From Parcubacteria group bacterium (GTDB lineage: Bacteria; Patescibacteriota; Minisyncoccia; Moranbacterales; UBA11712), in NCBI GenBank assembly GCA_041659685.1, contig JBAZXV010000008.1:3332-67331 (forward strand): a stretch of 64,000 nt of DNA. Direction: 5' to 3'. The number at the start of each line of letters is the position of its first letter. The first letter of the stretch is position 1. Below are positions 38,956 to 49,638 of the stretch, one piece after another. The notes under the pieces were generated by a model, which searched no databases, was not told the DNA's origin, and saw only the letters and a list, made by a program, of their open reading frames with translations. The position numbers and the translations under genes are program-made.

Positions 38956-39918
38956 CTAATTTTCCAAGGCAGCACGACCGGCGCTGATTTCCGCAATTTC
39001 CTGCGTGATGCCGGCTTGGCGAATTTGGTTATATATAAGCGTTAGGTTGTCCGCCATATCCCTGGCTGCATCCGTGGCGTTTCGCATCGCCACCATCCGC
39101 GCCGATTCCTTTGAAGCGTTTGACTCCAAAATGGCATGATATATCTGCATCTCAACAAGCCGCGGCAAAATTTCCGTGAGCACTGTTTTTGCATCCGGTT
39201 CAACCTTATATTCCATCGGCGGTTCATTGAGGCCGTATTCTTTCGCCAAAACATCCATATCAGCCAGCTGTTTTTCGATATCCACTTTCGATATCGGAAG
39301 AAGCTGGCGAAACTTCGGCTGTTGGACAACAGCTGAAATATAATCCATATAAGCAATCACGACTTTGTCATACTTTTTGGCCCGATACTCGTCCATAATG
39401 AGCCTGGCAAGCCCTCGCACATCTTCAGTTTGCGGAAGATAAGTCAGCTCATCAAATGTGGCAATGATGTTCTTGCCGATTTTCCGAATAAAGTTGGCGC
39501 CTTTTTTTCCGACAGTCACAAAATCAATCTCGATCTTATCATCCGGAATGCTTGATTCAATTCTTTTTGATCCAGTTCTGTTCACCTTGAGCTGGCCCGG
39601 ATTATTCACCTGCTCAGCGACTCTTCTGAGAAGCTGGGAGTTAAATCCGCCGCAAAGTCCCCGGTTCGAAGTAATGACAACCATAAGAATCTTTTTCACT
39701 TCGCGCGCTTCAAGGAGATCGATTGGATAATTTTCAAAAGCGCGGGCCATATTCGTCAGCACGCCCCAGGCGCTGTGGGCATACGGGCGGATTGCAAGAA
39801 CACTGGCCACTGTCCGCCGCATCTTCGAAGCCGCCACCATTTCCATGGCGCGTGTGATTTTTTTCGTATTGTTCACCGATTTTATTCGGCGGCGTATTTC
39901 TCGAGATCCTTGAGCCAT
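38956..39918 (-). CDS. atpG: ATP synthase F1 gamma subunit
   Basis: KITRAMEMVAASK, RGLCGGFN, ARMVAMRNATD, RQAGITQEI. Confidence 0.97.
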   Translation of the reverse strand: MAQGSREIRRRIKSVNNTKKITRAMEMVAASKMRRTVASVLAIRPYAHSAWGVLTNMARAFENYPIDLLEAREVKKILMVVITSNRGLCGGFNSQLLRRVAEQVNNPGQLKVNRTGSKRIESSIPDDKIEIDFVTVGKKGANFIRKIGKNIIATFDELTYLPQTEDVRGLARLIMDEYRAKKYDKVVIAYMDYISAVVQQPKFRQLLPISKVDIEKQLADMDVLAKEYGLNEPPMEYKVEPDAKTVLTEILPRLVEMQIYHAILESNASKESARMVAMRNATDAARDMADNLTLIYNQIRQAGITQEIAEISAGRAALEN

Positions 39919-39964
39919 ATTTTTTTACAACATTCAATGTTGGGGTTCTCCCTAACATTGAATG

Positions 39965-41482
39965 TTAGGCATTCCCATACACTTCCTTATATTCCTCAAT
40001 CGCCTTTTTAAGCGATTTTTCAACGTCTTCCGTCAATTCTTTCTTCTCCTTTACGAGCGCCAGCACATCACTTTTCATTTCTTTCATGTATTTATGAAAT
40101 TCTTCTTCCCATTTTTGAACATTCGCTACCGGAGTATCATCCAAATATCCGTTCGTAAGGGCATAGAGAATCGCCACTTGATTTTCAACCGGCATCGGAA
40201 CATATTGGTCCTGCTTTAAGACTTCAACTGTCCGCTGTCCTCTCTCTATTTGCTTTCGGGTTGATTCGTCGAGGTCAGATCCGAACTGGGCAAAGGCTTC
40301 GAGTTCGCGGAACTGAGCAAGATCGAGACGCAACTTTCCGGCTACCTTTTTCATCGCCTTGATCTGCGCGGCCGACCCCACGCGGGAAACAGAGAGACCG
40401 ACATTGAGAGCCGGGCGGATACCCTTATAAAACAAGTCTGATTCAAGATAAATCTGCCCGTCAGTGATGGATATTACGTTCGTTGGAATGTAGGCCGAAA
40501 CATCGCCCGCCTGCGTTTCAATGATCGGAAGGGCGGTAATGGATCCTCCGCCGAAATCTTTTGAGAGCTTGGCGCTTCGTTCAAGAAGCCTTGAATGAAG
40601 ATAGAAAATATCTCCCGGATAAGCTTCGCGTCCCGGCGGACGTTTGAGAAGAAGCGAAACCTGCCGATAAGCCCAGGCGTGTTTTGAAAGATCGTCATAA
40701 ATGACCAGCACGTCTTTTCCCTGGTCCATGAAATATTCTCCAATCGCGCAACCGGAATAAGGCGCGATATAAGAGAGTGATGCCGGATCCGACGCTCCCG
40801 CAACCACCACAATCGTATGCTCCATGGCTTCATTTTTTTCAAGCTCGGAAACAATGCGCGCCACTTTCGATTCCTTCTGTCCGATTGCGACGTATATGCA
40901 GATTACATTCTCGCCCTTTTGGTTAATTATCGCATCAATCGCAACTGCCGTTTTTCCCGTTTGACGGTCGCCGATAATAAGCTCTCGCTGGCCCCGTCCG
41001 ATCGGAATTGCCGAATCAATGGCTTTTATTCCGGTTTGGAGCGGCTGTTTTACGGATTCACGAGCGATTACACCCGGCGCGATTTTTTCAATCGGGTAAA
41101 ATTTTTCGGTTTTTATCTCTCCTTTTCCGTCAATGGCCTGGCCGAGCGGATCCACCACTCTTCCAATCATTTTCTCTCCGGCCGGCACGGACAAAATTTT
41201 TCCGGTTGAACGCACGGTGTCGCCTTCCTTTATTTTTTCATATTCTCCAAGAATCATGGCGCCGACTTGGTCTTCTTCAAGATTAAGAGCCACGCCCAGG
41301 ATCGACCCTTGAGGAGAAGGAAATTCCAGCATTTCACTCGCCATGACGTCCGAAAGGCCTGAAATGCGGGCAATTCCGTCGCCGACTTCGATCACCTGGC
41401 CGACTTTTTCAGATTTGGCTTCCGCCTTGAAGCCGGAGATTTGTTTTTTAAGAGTCTCTACTATTAAGTCTTTTTGGTTCAT
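39965..41482 (-). CDS. atpA: ATP synthase F1 alpha subunit
   Basis: [25 protein letters not shown]. Confidence 0.98.
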   Translation of the reverse strand: MNQKDLIVETLKKQISGFKAEAKSEKVGQVIEVGDGIARISGLSDVMASEMLEFPSPQGSILGVALNLEEDQVGAMILGEYEKIKEGDTVRSTGKILSVPAGEKMIGRVVDPLGQAIDGKGEIKTEKFYPIEKIAPGVIARESVKQPLQTGIKAIDSAIPIGRGQRELIIGDRQTGKTAVAIDAIINQKGENVICIYVAIGQKESKVARIVSELEKNEAMEHTIVVVAGASDPASLSYIAPYSGCAIGEYFMDQGKDVLVIYDDLSKHAWAYRQVSLLLKRPPGREAYPGDIFYLHSRLLERSAKLSKDFGGGSITALPIIETQAGDVSAYIPTNVISITDGQIYLESDLFYKGIRPALNVGLSVSRVGSAAQIKAMKKVAGKLRLDLAQFRELEAFAQFGSDLDESTRKQIERGQRTVEVLKQDQYVPMPVENQVAILYALTNGYLDDTPVANVQKWEEEFHKYMKEMKSDVLALVKEKKELTEDVEKSLKKAIEEYKEVYGNA

Positions 41483-41498
41483 AATGATTTGTAAAAAT

Positions 41499-41636
41499 TA
41501 ATTTTCAATTACCAATTTCCAATTATCAATCAATTCTCAATTCATCAATGATCAATTTTCAAACGGCATAATAGTTATAATTGAAAATTGAGTCATTGAA
41601 AATTCATTGTAAATTGATCATTGATTATTGAAAATT
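41499..41636. repeat. Heptamer-repeat foldback (ATTTTCA / TGAAAAT type)
   Basis: Left arm of ~7-bp units such as AATTTTC, AATTACC, AATTTCC and right arm of complementary TTGAAAA, TTGATCA units. Confidence 0.75.
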
Positions 41637-42036
41637 ATTTCGCCAAAATTTTCTTCAACTCCCCCAGCCGCCCCGCGATGCTCCCGTCAATCACTTCATC
41701 CCCGACTTTCATTATGATTCCGCCCTTAATGTTCACGTCGATTATGTTTCTTAAAACCACTTCCTTTGCTGAATATTTATTTTTCAAAAAAATTTTTGCC
41801 TTATGCTCCAGGGACTCGTCAGCTTTCTCACGGGTTATAATTTCGGCCTCGATAATCCCGTTTTTTTTGTTATATATATCATTAAACTGATTGATTATTT
41901 TTTCCGCCAATTTTATCTTTCTTGATTTGTTCAGATAACGCGCGAAATCAGCCACGGATTTTTCAATTTCCGTTTTTGGCTTTCCTTCCGTCATCGCATA
42001 CAGCGTTTCGGCATATTGTTTTGAAGTGATGCGCAT
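41635..42036 (-). CDS. atpH: ATP synthase F1 delta subunit (short form)
   Basis: KQYAETLY and IKGGIIMKVGDEVIDGSI, plus operon position. Confidence 0.9.
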   Translation of the reverse strand: MRITSKQYAETLYAMTEGKPKTEIEKSVADFARYLNKSRKIKLAEKIINQFNDIYNKKNGIIEAEIITREKADESLEHKAKIFLKNKYSAKEVVLRNIIDVNIKGGIIMKVGDEVIDGSIAGRLGELKKILAK

Positions 42037-42045
42037 CCTAAAATA

Positions 42046-42534
42046 TTAACTGATTATTTTTTCCGCCAGTTCCTTATCCGCCTTCTTGTTTATTTTTTCC
42101 CCGAGCACTTTTTCCGTCGCCAAGACAACCAGGGAGCCGATTTCCGACTTTATCTCCGCAATCGTTTTATCTTTTTCCCTGCCAATTTGATCCTTTGCCT
42201 CGGCGATTATTTTTTCCGCCTGGACTTTGGCTTCGGCGGCCAGCTCAGACTTGCTTTTTTCCGCTTGTTCATGAGCCTTTTCGACAATAATTTTTGCCTC
42301 AATCCGCGCTTTTTTGAGAATTTCTCCCTCTTTTTTCCCCGCCTCTTCCAGTTTCTTCCGGGATTCCTCGGCATCTCTCATGCCTTTCTCTATCTTCCTG
42401 GTGCGGTTTTCAAGCATTTTAAGAATCGGACCATAAGCAAACTTATACAGCACAAACAAGAGAACCAAAAAATTTATGATTTGGGCAATCAATAATTTCC
42501 AGTCTATTCCCAGTTTTGTTAATAGCTCTGACAT
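42046..42534 (-). CDS. atpF: ATP synthase Fo b subunit
   Basis: LGIDWKLLIAQIINFLVL followed by a coiled coil. Confidence 0.95.
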   Translation of the reverse strand: MSELLTKLGIDWKLLIAQIINFLVLLFVLYKFAYGPILKMLENRTRKIEKGMRDAEESRKKLEEAGKKEGEILKKARIEAKIIVEKAHEQAEKSKSELAAEAKVQAEKIIAEAKDQIGREKDKTIAEIKSEIGSLVVLATEKVLGEKINKKADKELAEKIIS

Positions 42535-42539
42535 AGTAT

Positions 42540-42641
42540 CACAAATTTTACGCTGATTATTTACAGATTAGCACAGATTACACAGATTTAATCTGCGTAA
42601 TCTGCGTTCAATCTGCCAAAAATATGTGTTCAATCTGCGCG
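42540..42641. repeat. Gene-less copy of the inverted array that flanks GxxExxY 36895-37335
   Basis: Left arm ...GCACAGATTACACAGATT is joined directly to right arm TAATCTGCGTAATCTGCG... Both align by eye with 36856-36905 and 37351-37401. Confidence 0.85.
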
Positions 42642-43007
<366 letters not shown>

Positions 43008-43049
43008 TCACTAAATATTAATCATTGATTAATGTTCAATGTTCAGTGA

Positions 43050-43799
43050 TTAATGACTTTCTGTTGCCGCCATTTTAAGAAACACGAGAGTCAGCATTGA
43101 AAATACCAGAGCCTGCACGAATCCGACGAACAATTCCAAAAACAAGAACGGGAGCGGGACGAAATACGGCACAAGGAACAACATCACCATAAGGAGAATT
43201 TCTCCGGCAAAAATATTTCCAAAAAGCCGGAAGGAAAAGGAAATAATTTTAGCAACTTCGGAAACAAGCTCCAGGGCTCCAACGAAAGTTCCGACAAAAT
43301 ACGGCTTGTGCAGGGGGCTCACAAAGAATTTCCCGGCATATTTGGCAAATCCGATGGCCGCTATCCCGATAATCTGCGACCCGACAACACTCACGATTGC
43401 AAGTGCAAGGGTCATATTAAGATCAGCTGATCCGCTTCGGATAAAGGGAACGAGTTCGTTTTCTCCGTGAATCTTTTTAAAAATTCCAATTGTTCCGAGA
43501 CCCGGCAAAACTTCCACCCAATTTGAAAGTATGACAAAAATGAATATGGTCGCGACGAGCGGAAAAAATATTTTTGACTGCTTGCGATCCTGCGTAACGC
43601 TGTCAATCATATCCAGAAGAGCCTCCAATACGGCTTCCGCTGCATTTTGAAATCCCCTTGGCACCAAGCGAATGCGCGATTTGAGCAAAAACGACGCCAC
43701 AATAACCAGCAAGCTGATGCAAAGAGTCACCAAAATAGTGTTCGTCACTGGAAATGATCCTATATGGAAAATGGGTTCTGCAGCAATTGAAATATTCAT
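43050..43799 (-). CDS. atpB: ATP synthase Fo a subunit
   Basis: ADLNMTLALA, SFSFRLFGNIFAGE, QALVFSML. Confidence 0.96.
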   Translation of the reverse strand: MNISIAAEPIFHIGSFPVTNTILVTLCISLLVIVASFLLKSRIRLVPRGFQNAAEAVLEALLDMIDSVTQDRKQSKIFFPLVATIFIFVILSNWVEVLPGLGTIGIFKKIHGENELVPFIRSGSADLNMTLALAIVSVVGSQIIGIAAIGFAKYAGKFFVSPLHKPYFVGTFVGALELVSEVAKIISFSFRLFGNIFAGEILLMVMLFLVPYFVPLPFLFLELFVGFVQALVFSMLTLVFLKMAATESH

Positions 43800-43852
43800 A
43801 TCTAAACAGGCATCGGCTGCCCTTTTAGCCAATACTTATGCTTAATTATCCC

Positions 43853-44080
43853 CTATTTATCGATAATATCCTTCGATTTTTTGTATACGGTGTAGCTTGT
43901 AATCAGGATTGCCAGGATTATTCCGAGGAGAAAAAACCAGGGTTCCGTATGATATTTCCTGTCGATAAATCTTCCCAGCAAAGCGAGAACTACCAGCGGA
44001 ATCGCAATAAGATATCCAAGCTCCCAGGCGAGGGACGCGGCAGACCACGATTCCTGGTCGTCTTTTTTCTCGTCGGCCAT
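43853..44080 (-). CDS. AtpZ/AtpI-family small membrane protein
   Basis: Two TM helices with LGRFIDRKYHTEPWF, first gene of the atp operon. Confidence 0.8.
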   Translation of the reverse strand: MADEKKDDQESWSAASLAWELGYLIAIPLVVLALLGRFIDRKYHTEPWFFLLGIILAILITSYTVYKKSKDIIDK

Positions 44081-44160
44081 AAATTCAGAATTTAACCGAT
44101 AAATTTTTCAGGATTGTTTTCTTGCTTTCCTTTCTATTATTTTCCAATTTTGAAAAAAAG

Positions 44161-45000
44161 TCAATCCCTGTTTTTTTCCATTTTGAAAAATTCCAACGCG
44201 TTTTTGTCCGTTATCTTTTCCACCTCTCCGGCATCCATCCCCCTAATTTCCGCTATCTTTTCGGCAATACAGCTGACATAAACCGGCTCATTCCTTTTTC
44301 CGCGGAATTTCTGCGGAGCAAGAAGGGGCGAATCGCTGTCGAGCATCATCCGGGAAAGCGGAACCATCCGCACTGCCCCTGCCATTTTTTCCGCCCGTTC
44401 GACTGGCTTTGGATAGGTAATGTTTGCGGAAAATGAGAAGAATACATTTGGAAGCTTCAGAAATTTTTCGGTGTCTTTTTTCTCTCCGCTATAGCAGTGA
44501 AGGACAAAATTAGTAGCTGGTATCTCGCACCCAGTATTTTGTGCTTTTATGATTTCATAGAGATTGCTCCACGCCTCCCGGCAATGCACAATCACCGGAA
44601 GACTCAGTTCTTTTGCAATTTCAATCTGCGCCAAAAATCCTTTTTTTTGGTTTTCTTTTTGCGCGGCAGTGACGATTTCATCCGTATGGCTGAAATAGTC
44701 GAGGCCAATTTCCCCGATTGCAACCACTTTCTCGTGCTGCGCTAAACTTTTCAAATTTTTAATTTCTTTCTCATAATTCACAATTCCTAATTCGTAATTC
44801 CTAAAAAATTCCGGGTGTATTCCCGCGCTCGCGAAAACATTATCATATTTTTCCGCGATCTCGATCGATTTCCGGCTCCGCTCCAAATCGACGCCGACAT
44901 TCACAATGGCTTTTCCGCCGCTTTCAAAAAACCGCGCAATCACTTCCTCGCGGTCTTCGTTAAATTCCGGAAAATCCAGATGGGCGTGAGTGTCGATCAT
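44161..45000 (-). CDS. tatD: TatD family DNase
   Basis: MIDTHAHL, GIHP, IGEIGLDY, VHCREA, LHCYSG, RNEP. Confidence 0.93.
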   Translation of the reverse strand: MIDTHAHLDFPEFNEDREEVIARFFESGGKAIVNVGVDLERSRKSIEIAEKYDNVFASAGIHPEFFRNYELGIVNYEKEIKNLKSLAQHEKVVAIGEIGLDYFSHTDEIVTAAQKENQKKGFLAQIEIAKELSLPVIVHCREAWSNLYEIIKAQNTGCEIPATNFVLHCYSGEKKDTEKFLKLPNVFFSFSANITYPKPVERAEKMAGAVRMVPLSRMMLDSDSPLLAPQKFRGKRNEPVYVSCIAEKIAEIRGMDAGEVEKITDKNALEFFKMEKNRD

Positions 45001-45009
45001 TTGTGATGC

Positions 45010-45095
45010 GATACACGAATAAAACGAATATTTAAACGAACACAACAAAAAAATAATTCGTTAAACTTCGTGTCTATATTCGTTATTTTAGTGTT
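45010..45095. repeat. Gene-less inverted ACGAA / TTCGT array related to the flanks of GxxExxY 46627-47043
   Basis: ACACGAAT, AACGAAT, AACGAAC then ATTCGTT, TTCGTGT. The 19-bp TTCGTGTCTATATTCGTTA is identical at 45067-45085 and 46611-46629. Confidence 0.8.
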
Positions 45096-46554
45096 TAATT
45101 CTTGGGAAAAGTATTTCTGATTTCTTAGTTTCGAGAGCTTCTTTGATTTTTTCGGAAGTTTCCGGCATAAAAAAACACATATCGTCGGCGATAACCGTAA
45201 GCGCATGGACAAGATGCTCCATAACGCTCTCAAATTTGCCAGTGTCTTTTTTCGCAAGCTCCCAAGGCTTATATTCTTCAATATATTTGTCGAGTACGCG
45301 AATAAAGGTCCAGCTGTCTTTCAGGGCAAAATCCAATCTCATTTCTTTCATGTGTCTTGCCAATATCTCATCTTCGCCTCCAAACTCATTGAAATGACTC
45401 AGCTCGAAGGATTTATCTATTTTTTCATATAACTTTACTATGCGGCTCACCAGATTCCCCAAACCGTTTGCCAAGTCCGCGTTGTATTTTTCAACCATAC
45501 GCCCCATTGTCATATCCACATCCTCGCCGAAAGTTCCGGCGCTCATAAGAAGATATCTCGTTCCATCCGTTCCGAATTTTTCGAGCATCTCATCTATGGT
45601 TATTCCATTGCCGAGCGTTTTGCTCATTTTTCTTCCGCCCGAAAGGATGTGCCCGTGGACATAAAGCATTTTTGGGAGCTCTATTCCAAGATGCATAAGC
45701 ATCGCCGGCCAGATTGTGGCATGCACCCGCAAAATATCTTTTCCAATCAGCTGCACGTCCGCCGGCCAAAACCTGAGATTCGACCTTGAGGAATCCGCCG
45801 ATGAGGCGGAGAGAAAGGTCGAACCTTGGATAGATCCGCCCCACCCCAAGCCCGTCAGATAATACAAAAAAGCGTCCGCCCAGACATAGGTCGTGTACTG
45901 CGGATCAAAAGGCAAAGGTATTCCCCATGAGACGTTTTTTCTGGATATGGAAACGTCCTTCAGCGGCTGGTTCCTGAGAAATGATAGTATTTCTTTTTTG
46001 TATTTTTCCGGATTGATTTTGAGTTCGTCTTTTTCTATTTTATCAATAAGCTCTTCCTGAAAAACGCCCAACTTAAGAAGATAGCATTCTTCTTTTATCT
46101 TTTCCAAAACCGTGTCGTGATCCGGACAACGTCCGTTTACCAACTCGTTTTCACTGCGAAATTGCTCGCACCCGACGCAATACATTCCTTCATATTCGCC
46201 TTTATATATCGCGCCCCGCTCAAAAAGAGCCTGCAGGACTTTTTGGACGGCGGATTTATGTTTTTCGTCGGTCGTCCGGATAAAATTATTGTATTTGATA
46301 TTAAGTTTTTCCCAATAGCCTTTGAACTCTTGAGAAACTTCGTCCACGAATTTTTGCGGATCTTCGCCGGCTTCTTCGGCTTTTTTCTGAATTTTGAGGC
46401 CGTGTTCGTCCGTTCCGGTCAGGAAAAAAACGTCATCTCCCCGCTCGCGATGGAACCGCGCCAAAACGTCGGCCGCAATGGTCGTGTACGCGTGGCCAAT
46501 ATGCGGCTTCGCGTTAACGTAATATATCGGGGTAGTGACAAAAAATTTCTTCAT
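45088..46554 (-). CDS. metG: Methionine-tRNA ligase (short form)
   Basis: TTPIYYVNAKPHIGH, GTDEHG, GKDILRVH, KMSKTLGN. Confidence 0.97.
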   Translation of the reverse strand: MKKFFVTTPIYYVNAKPHIGHAYTTIAADVLARFHRERGDDVFFLTGTDEHGLKIQKKAEEAGEDPQKFVDEVSQEFKGYWEKLNIKYNNFIRTTDEKHKSAVQKVLQALFERGAIYKGEYEGMYCVGCEQFRSENELVNGRCPDHDTVLEKIKEECYLLKLGVFQEELIDKIEKDELKINPEKYKKEILSFLRNQPLKDVSISRKNVSWGIPLPFDPQYTTYVWADAFLYYLTGLGWGGSIQGSTFLSASSADSSRSNLRFWPADVQLIGKDILRVHATIWPAMLMHLGIELPKMLYVHGHILSGGRKMSKTLGNGITIDEMLEKFGTDGTRYLLMSAGTFGEDVDMTMGRMVEKYNADLANGLGNLVSRIVKLYEKIDKSFELSHFNEFGGEDEILARHMKEMRLDFALKDSWTFIRVLDKYIEEYKPWELAKKDTGKFESVMEHLVHALTVIADDMCFFMPETSEKIKEALETKKSEILFPRIKH

Positions 46555-46626
46555 AATACACTAAGTTTAACGAGTATATACACTAAAATTAACAAATATA
46601 ACTATCTCAGTTCGTGTCTATATTCG

Positions 46627-47043
46627 TTAAATTTCGTGTCTCTCTAGGAATGGCTTCCTATCATTTGTATATATAATTCTTTTGATATATAGTTTTGAAC
46701 TTTTGAAATTTACAAAATAACCTAACTCATACTTGCTTTTTTTAAGATAGCTGTATATCTGATCAATAAAATTCTTAGGAATTATATCAACGGCCTTTAT
46801 TTCGACAATAACTTTTCCGTCTATTAAAAAATCTACTCTATAATTTCCGACTGAATTTCCAGTTTTTGGCGAATATATTTTAATATTCCTCTCCTTTTCA
46901 AAGAGAATGCTCTTTGCCTTCAGTTATTCTATGACTGCATTTTGATAAACCATCTCTTTATGTCCCGGACCAAAATTTCGCCTGACTTCCATGAAAATTC
47001 CCTGTAGTTTATAACTTAATTCTTTATACAATAAATCTGCCAT
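46627..47043 (-). pseudogene. GxxExxY family gene with an in-frame TAA at codon 40 (absent from ORF track)
   Basis: Manual translation MADLLYKELSYKLQGIFMEVRRNFGPGHKEMVYQNAVIE*LKAK...YRVDFLIDGKVIVEIKAV...QIYSYLK..GYFVNF...YTNDRKPF. Stop at 46924-46926. Confidence 0.9.
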
Positions 47044-47125
47044 CTTAAGCCTTCGTTTCCTTAGTGTTTATATTCGTTTCTTATCTGTGTTTTCCTTCTC
47101 CGTTGGATTCGTGTGTATTTTCGTT

Positions 47126-47827
47126 CTATTCGTGTTTAATAATCACGAATTCCCCCCTGATCTTATCACTGTTTTCTGCATAATATTCCAAAATTTCACT
47201 GACACTTCCTCTTTTGACCTCTTCAAACATCTTCGTCAGTTCCCGACCCACAATCAGTTTAGCATTTGGATTGAATTTGGAAAGCAGTTCAATATTTTTA
47301 AGAAACCGGTGCGGAGATTCGAAATATATGGACGGGTATTTGCTTTCTGCTACTCCGCGAAAAAATGTTTCTCTCCCTTTTTTGTGCGGAGGAAAACCGA
47401 GGAAAGTGAACTTGCTCATGTTGATTCCCGCCACACTCGCCAGAGTTGTCACCGCCGAAGCCCCGGGAATCGGTATTATAGACATCTGATGTCCCCAACT
47501 ATTTTGGACATCGGATGTCCAAATACGCTCGATGAGCTCGTTTCCCGGATCCGAGATTCCCGGCGTTCCCGCGTCCGAAACCAGCGCCAGATTTTTTCCG
47601 TTTTCAAGATGTTCGATGATTTTTTCCACTCTGGAAATCTTCGAATGATGGTGGTATGACAGAAGAGGTTTTTGGATTTCATACCGGTCCAAAAGTTTTT
47701 TCGTCACCCGCGTGTCTTCGCACAAAATCAAATCAGCTTCTTTCAGGATGCGCAAAGCCCGAAGAGTGATGTCCTCTAAGTTTCCGATAGGAGTGGCGAC
47801 AATATGCAGTTTGCCTTTTTCGCTCAT
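47126..47827 (-). CDS. rsmI: 16S rRNA C1402 2'-O-methyltransferase
   Basis: VATPIGNLEDITLRA, CEDTR, SDAGTPGISDPG, RELTKMFEE. Confidence 0.96.
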   Translation of the reverse strand: MSEKGKLHIVATPIGNLEDITLRALRILKEADLILCEDTRVTKKLLDRYEIQKPLLSYHHHSKISRVEKIIEHLENGKNLALVSDAGTPGISDPGNELIERIWTSDVQNSWGHQMSIIPIPGASAVTTLASVAGINMSKFTFLGFPPHKKGRETFFRGVAESKYPSIYFESPHRFLKNIELLSKFNPNAKLIVGRELTKMFEEVKRGSVSEILEYYAENSDKIRGEFVIIKHE

Positions 47828-48537
47828 TATTTGCCTATTAATTCTTTTTTCACTTCCAAAGCAACATCCAATTTATCCGTAATAATCCCTTCTACCCGAC
47901 TGTCTTCGAGCATTTTTTTCATCATCCGCCTGCCGTTCACTCCCCAGACCATGAAACGCTTTCCATATTTTTTCGCCCTCTCCCGAAAACCCAGCCGCAT
48001 CAGGGACGAGCTGGAAACAAAAAAGTCAGCGGCATTCAGGCTGCGCCTTCTGCCGGTCAGCAGTTCCGAAAATTTTCCTTTTGATTTTCTTATACTGAAA
48101 ATCAGCCCTGCTGTTGCTTTAGGATATCTCTCTTTCAGTTTCTTAATAGAAGGATCATTGAATGATGTCACGACGAAATCTTTATAATCAACATGCCGCA
48201 AAACCATTTCCATAATTTCTGCTTCATGCCCGCTTTCTTTTATTTCAATATCAAGCCTCACCCTTCCCCTGGCCATTCTCAAAACTTCCTCAAGTTTCGG
48301 CACCGCAGCGCTTCGACGCTTATTTATTTTCTCTATTTCCTCCCACCCGATTGTTCTTATAAGTTTGCGGCAAATTTTTTGGCTGTGATGCACGATGAAA
48401 ACTCCGTCTTTTGTTCGCCGAACATCGAATTCAATCATGTCGGCGCCTTTTCGGATGGCATTTTCGAAGGATTCAATGGTATTTTCGATGGACGAAGAGG
48501 TGTCTCCGCGGTGCGCGATAATCAATTTTTCTTTCAT
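47827..48537 (-). CDS. Glycerophosphodiester phosphodiesterase family protein
   Basis: IAHRG, ENT, IEFDVRRTKDG, IEIK, GIITD. Confidence 0.9.
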   Translation of the reverse strand: MKEKLIIAHRGDTSSSIENTIESFENAIRKGADMIEFDVRRTKDGVFIVHHSQKICRKLIRTIGWEEIEKINKRRSAAVPKLEEVLRMARGRVRLDIEIKESGHEAEIMEMVLRHVDYKDFVVTSFNDPSIKKLKERYPKATAGLIFSIRKSKGKFSELLTGRRRSLNAADFFVSSSSLMRLGFRERAKKYGKRFMVWGVNGRRMMKKMLEDSRVEGIITDKLDVALEVKKELIGK

Positions 48538-49562
48538 GTGGGTATTTCTTCCTTCTTTGTTGTCAGATCATTCACCACTTCTCCGATTACCGTCGCAAGA
48601 GGAACAGCAATAATCACTCCCAAAACGCCGCCTAATTTTGCGCCGATAAGGAGAGCCAGAATCACAATTATGGGGTTCAGCCCGACGGCTTTTTTCATAA
48701 TAAGCGGGGTCAGGACATAACCTTCAAGCTGCTGAACGGCCGCAAACAGACCGAGAACCAGAACGCCTGTCAGAGGGCCATGGAGAAAACTGATAAGCGT
48801 TGCGATAATCGCCGAGATTATCGGTCCGACATAAGGAATAATTTCCAGTATCCCGGCAATAAGCGCTAAAATCAAAGCGTAAGGAGCTTTAATCGCCAGC
48901 AATCCCAGATAATCAAGTAAAAATACCAGAAGCATAAGAAGCAGCTGTCCCTGGAGCCAGCGGCCCATTTTATGCTGGATTCTTTCAACCAGGCCGGCTA
49001 CATATTCCTGATGGTCCTTTGGAAAAACCGATTTGAAAAATTTCTTGCTTCCCGCTTCCTGAACGCTCATGTAAAAAGCAATGGAAAGGACGATGATAAA
49101 ATCAAAAATTCCGCCAAGAAAGGATATTGTTCCGCTGAAAAGATTGGTTCCCGCATCGGAAATCCTTCCGGCGGCGTTTGAGAAGAAATTATTGATGTTT
49201 TGCTCCAAACTATGAGTGGCGGCAAAATCCTGGACAACTTTGAAATATCCCGAGAGCTGTTCGATCAATTTCGGAAGGCTTTTTCCCAGGCTTTCCGTTT
49301 CCGCCGTGATAGGGGGAATCAAAAGAGAAACCGCAAGAACAAACAAGGATAAAAAAATGACATACACAAAGAAAACAGTAAGGGAACGGGGAACGTTCTT
49401 TTTTTGAAACCAGTCCACCACAGGGTCGATGGCGCTTACTATAATGATCGCCACAAAAACCAGCGCTAAAACATCGCGGACAAGAAAGAGAAACCAGAGG
49501 AGGAGCAGGATAAATATAGTTCTTAGAATTGTTCCGGATGAAATTTCGATGGTTCGATTCAT
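48534..49562 (-). CDS. AI-2E (PerM) family transporter
   Basis: Multi-TM, IPYVGP, QQLEGYVLTP, VGLNP, GVIIAVP. Confidence 0.9.
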   Translation of the reverse strand: MNRTIEISSGTILRTIFILLLLWFLFLVRDVLALVFVAIIIVSAIDPVVDWFQKKNVPRSLTVFFVYVIFLSLFVLAVSLLIPPITAETESLGKSLPKLIEQLSGYFKVVQDFAATHSLEQNINNFFSNAAGRISDAGTNLFSGTISFLGGIFDFIIVLSIAFYMSVQEAGSKKFFKSVFPKDHQEYVAGLVERIQHKMGRWLQGQLLLMLLVFLLDYLGLLAIKAPYALILALIAGILEIIPYVGPIISAIIATLISFLHGPLTGVLVLGLFAAVQQLEGYVLTPLIMKKAVGLNPIIVILALLIGAKLGGVLGVIIAVPLATVIGEVVNDLTTKKEEIPT

Positions 49563-49638
49563 GACTGTGATTTATGAATTATGATTTACGATTTATGAAT
49601 GTTTTGAAAAATAATATTCCTGAATCTTAATTCATAAA

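Noticed and set aside
46924-46926. Stop-codon reassignment explaining the in-frame stop
   Set aside because: TAA, TAG and TGA all terminate conserved genes in this window, so code 11 applies.
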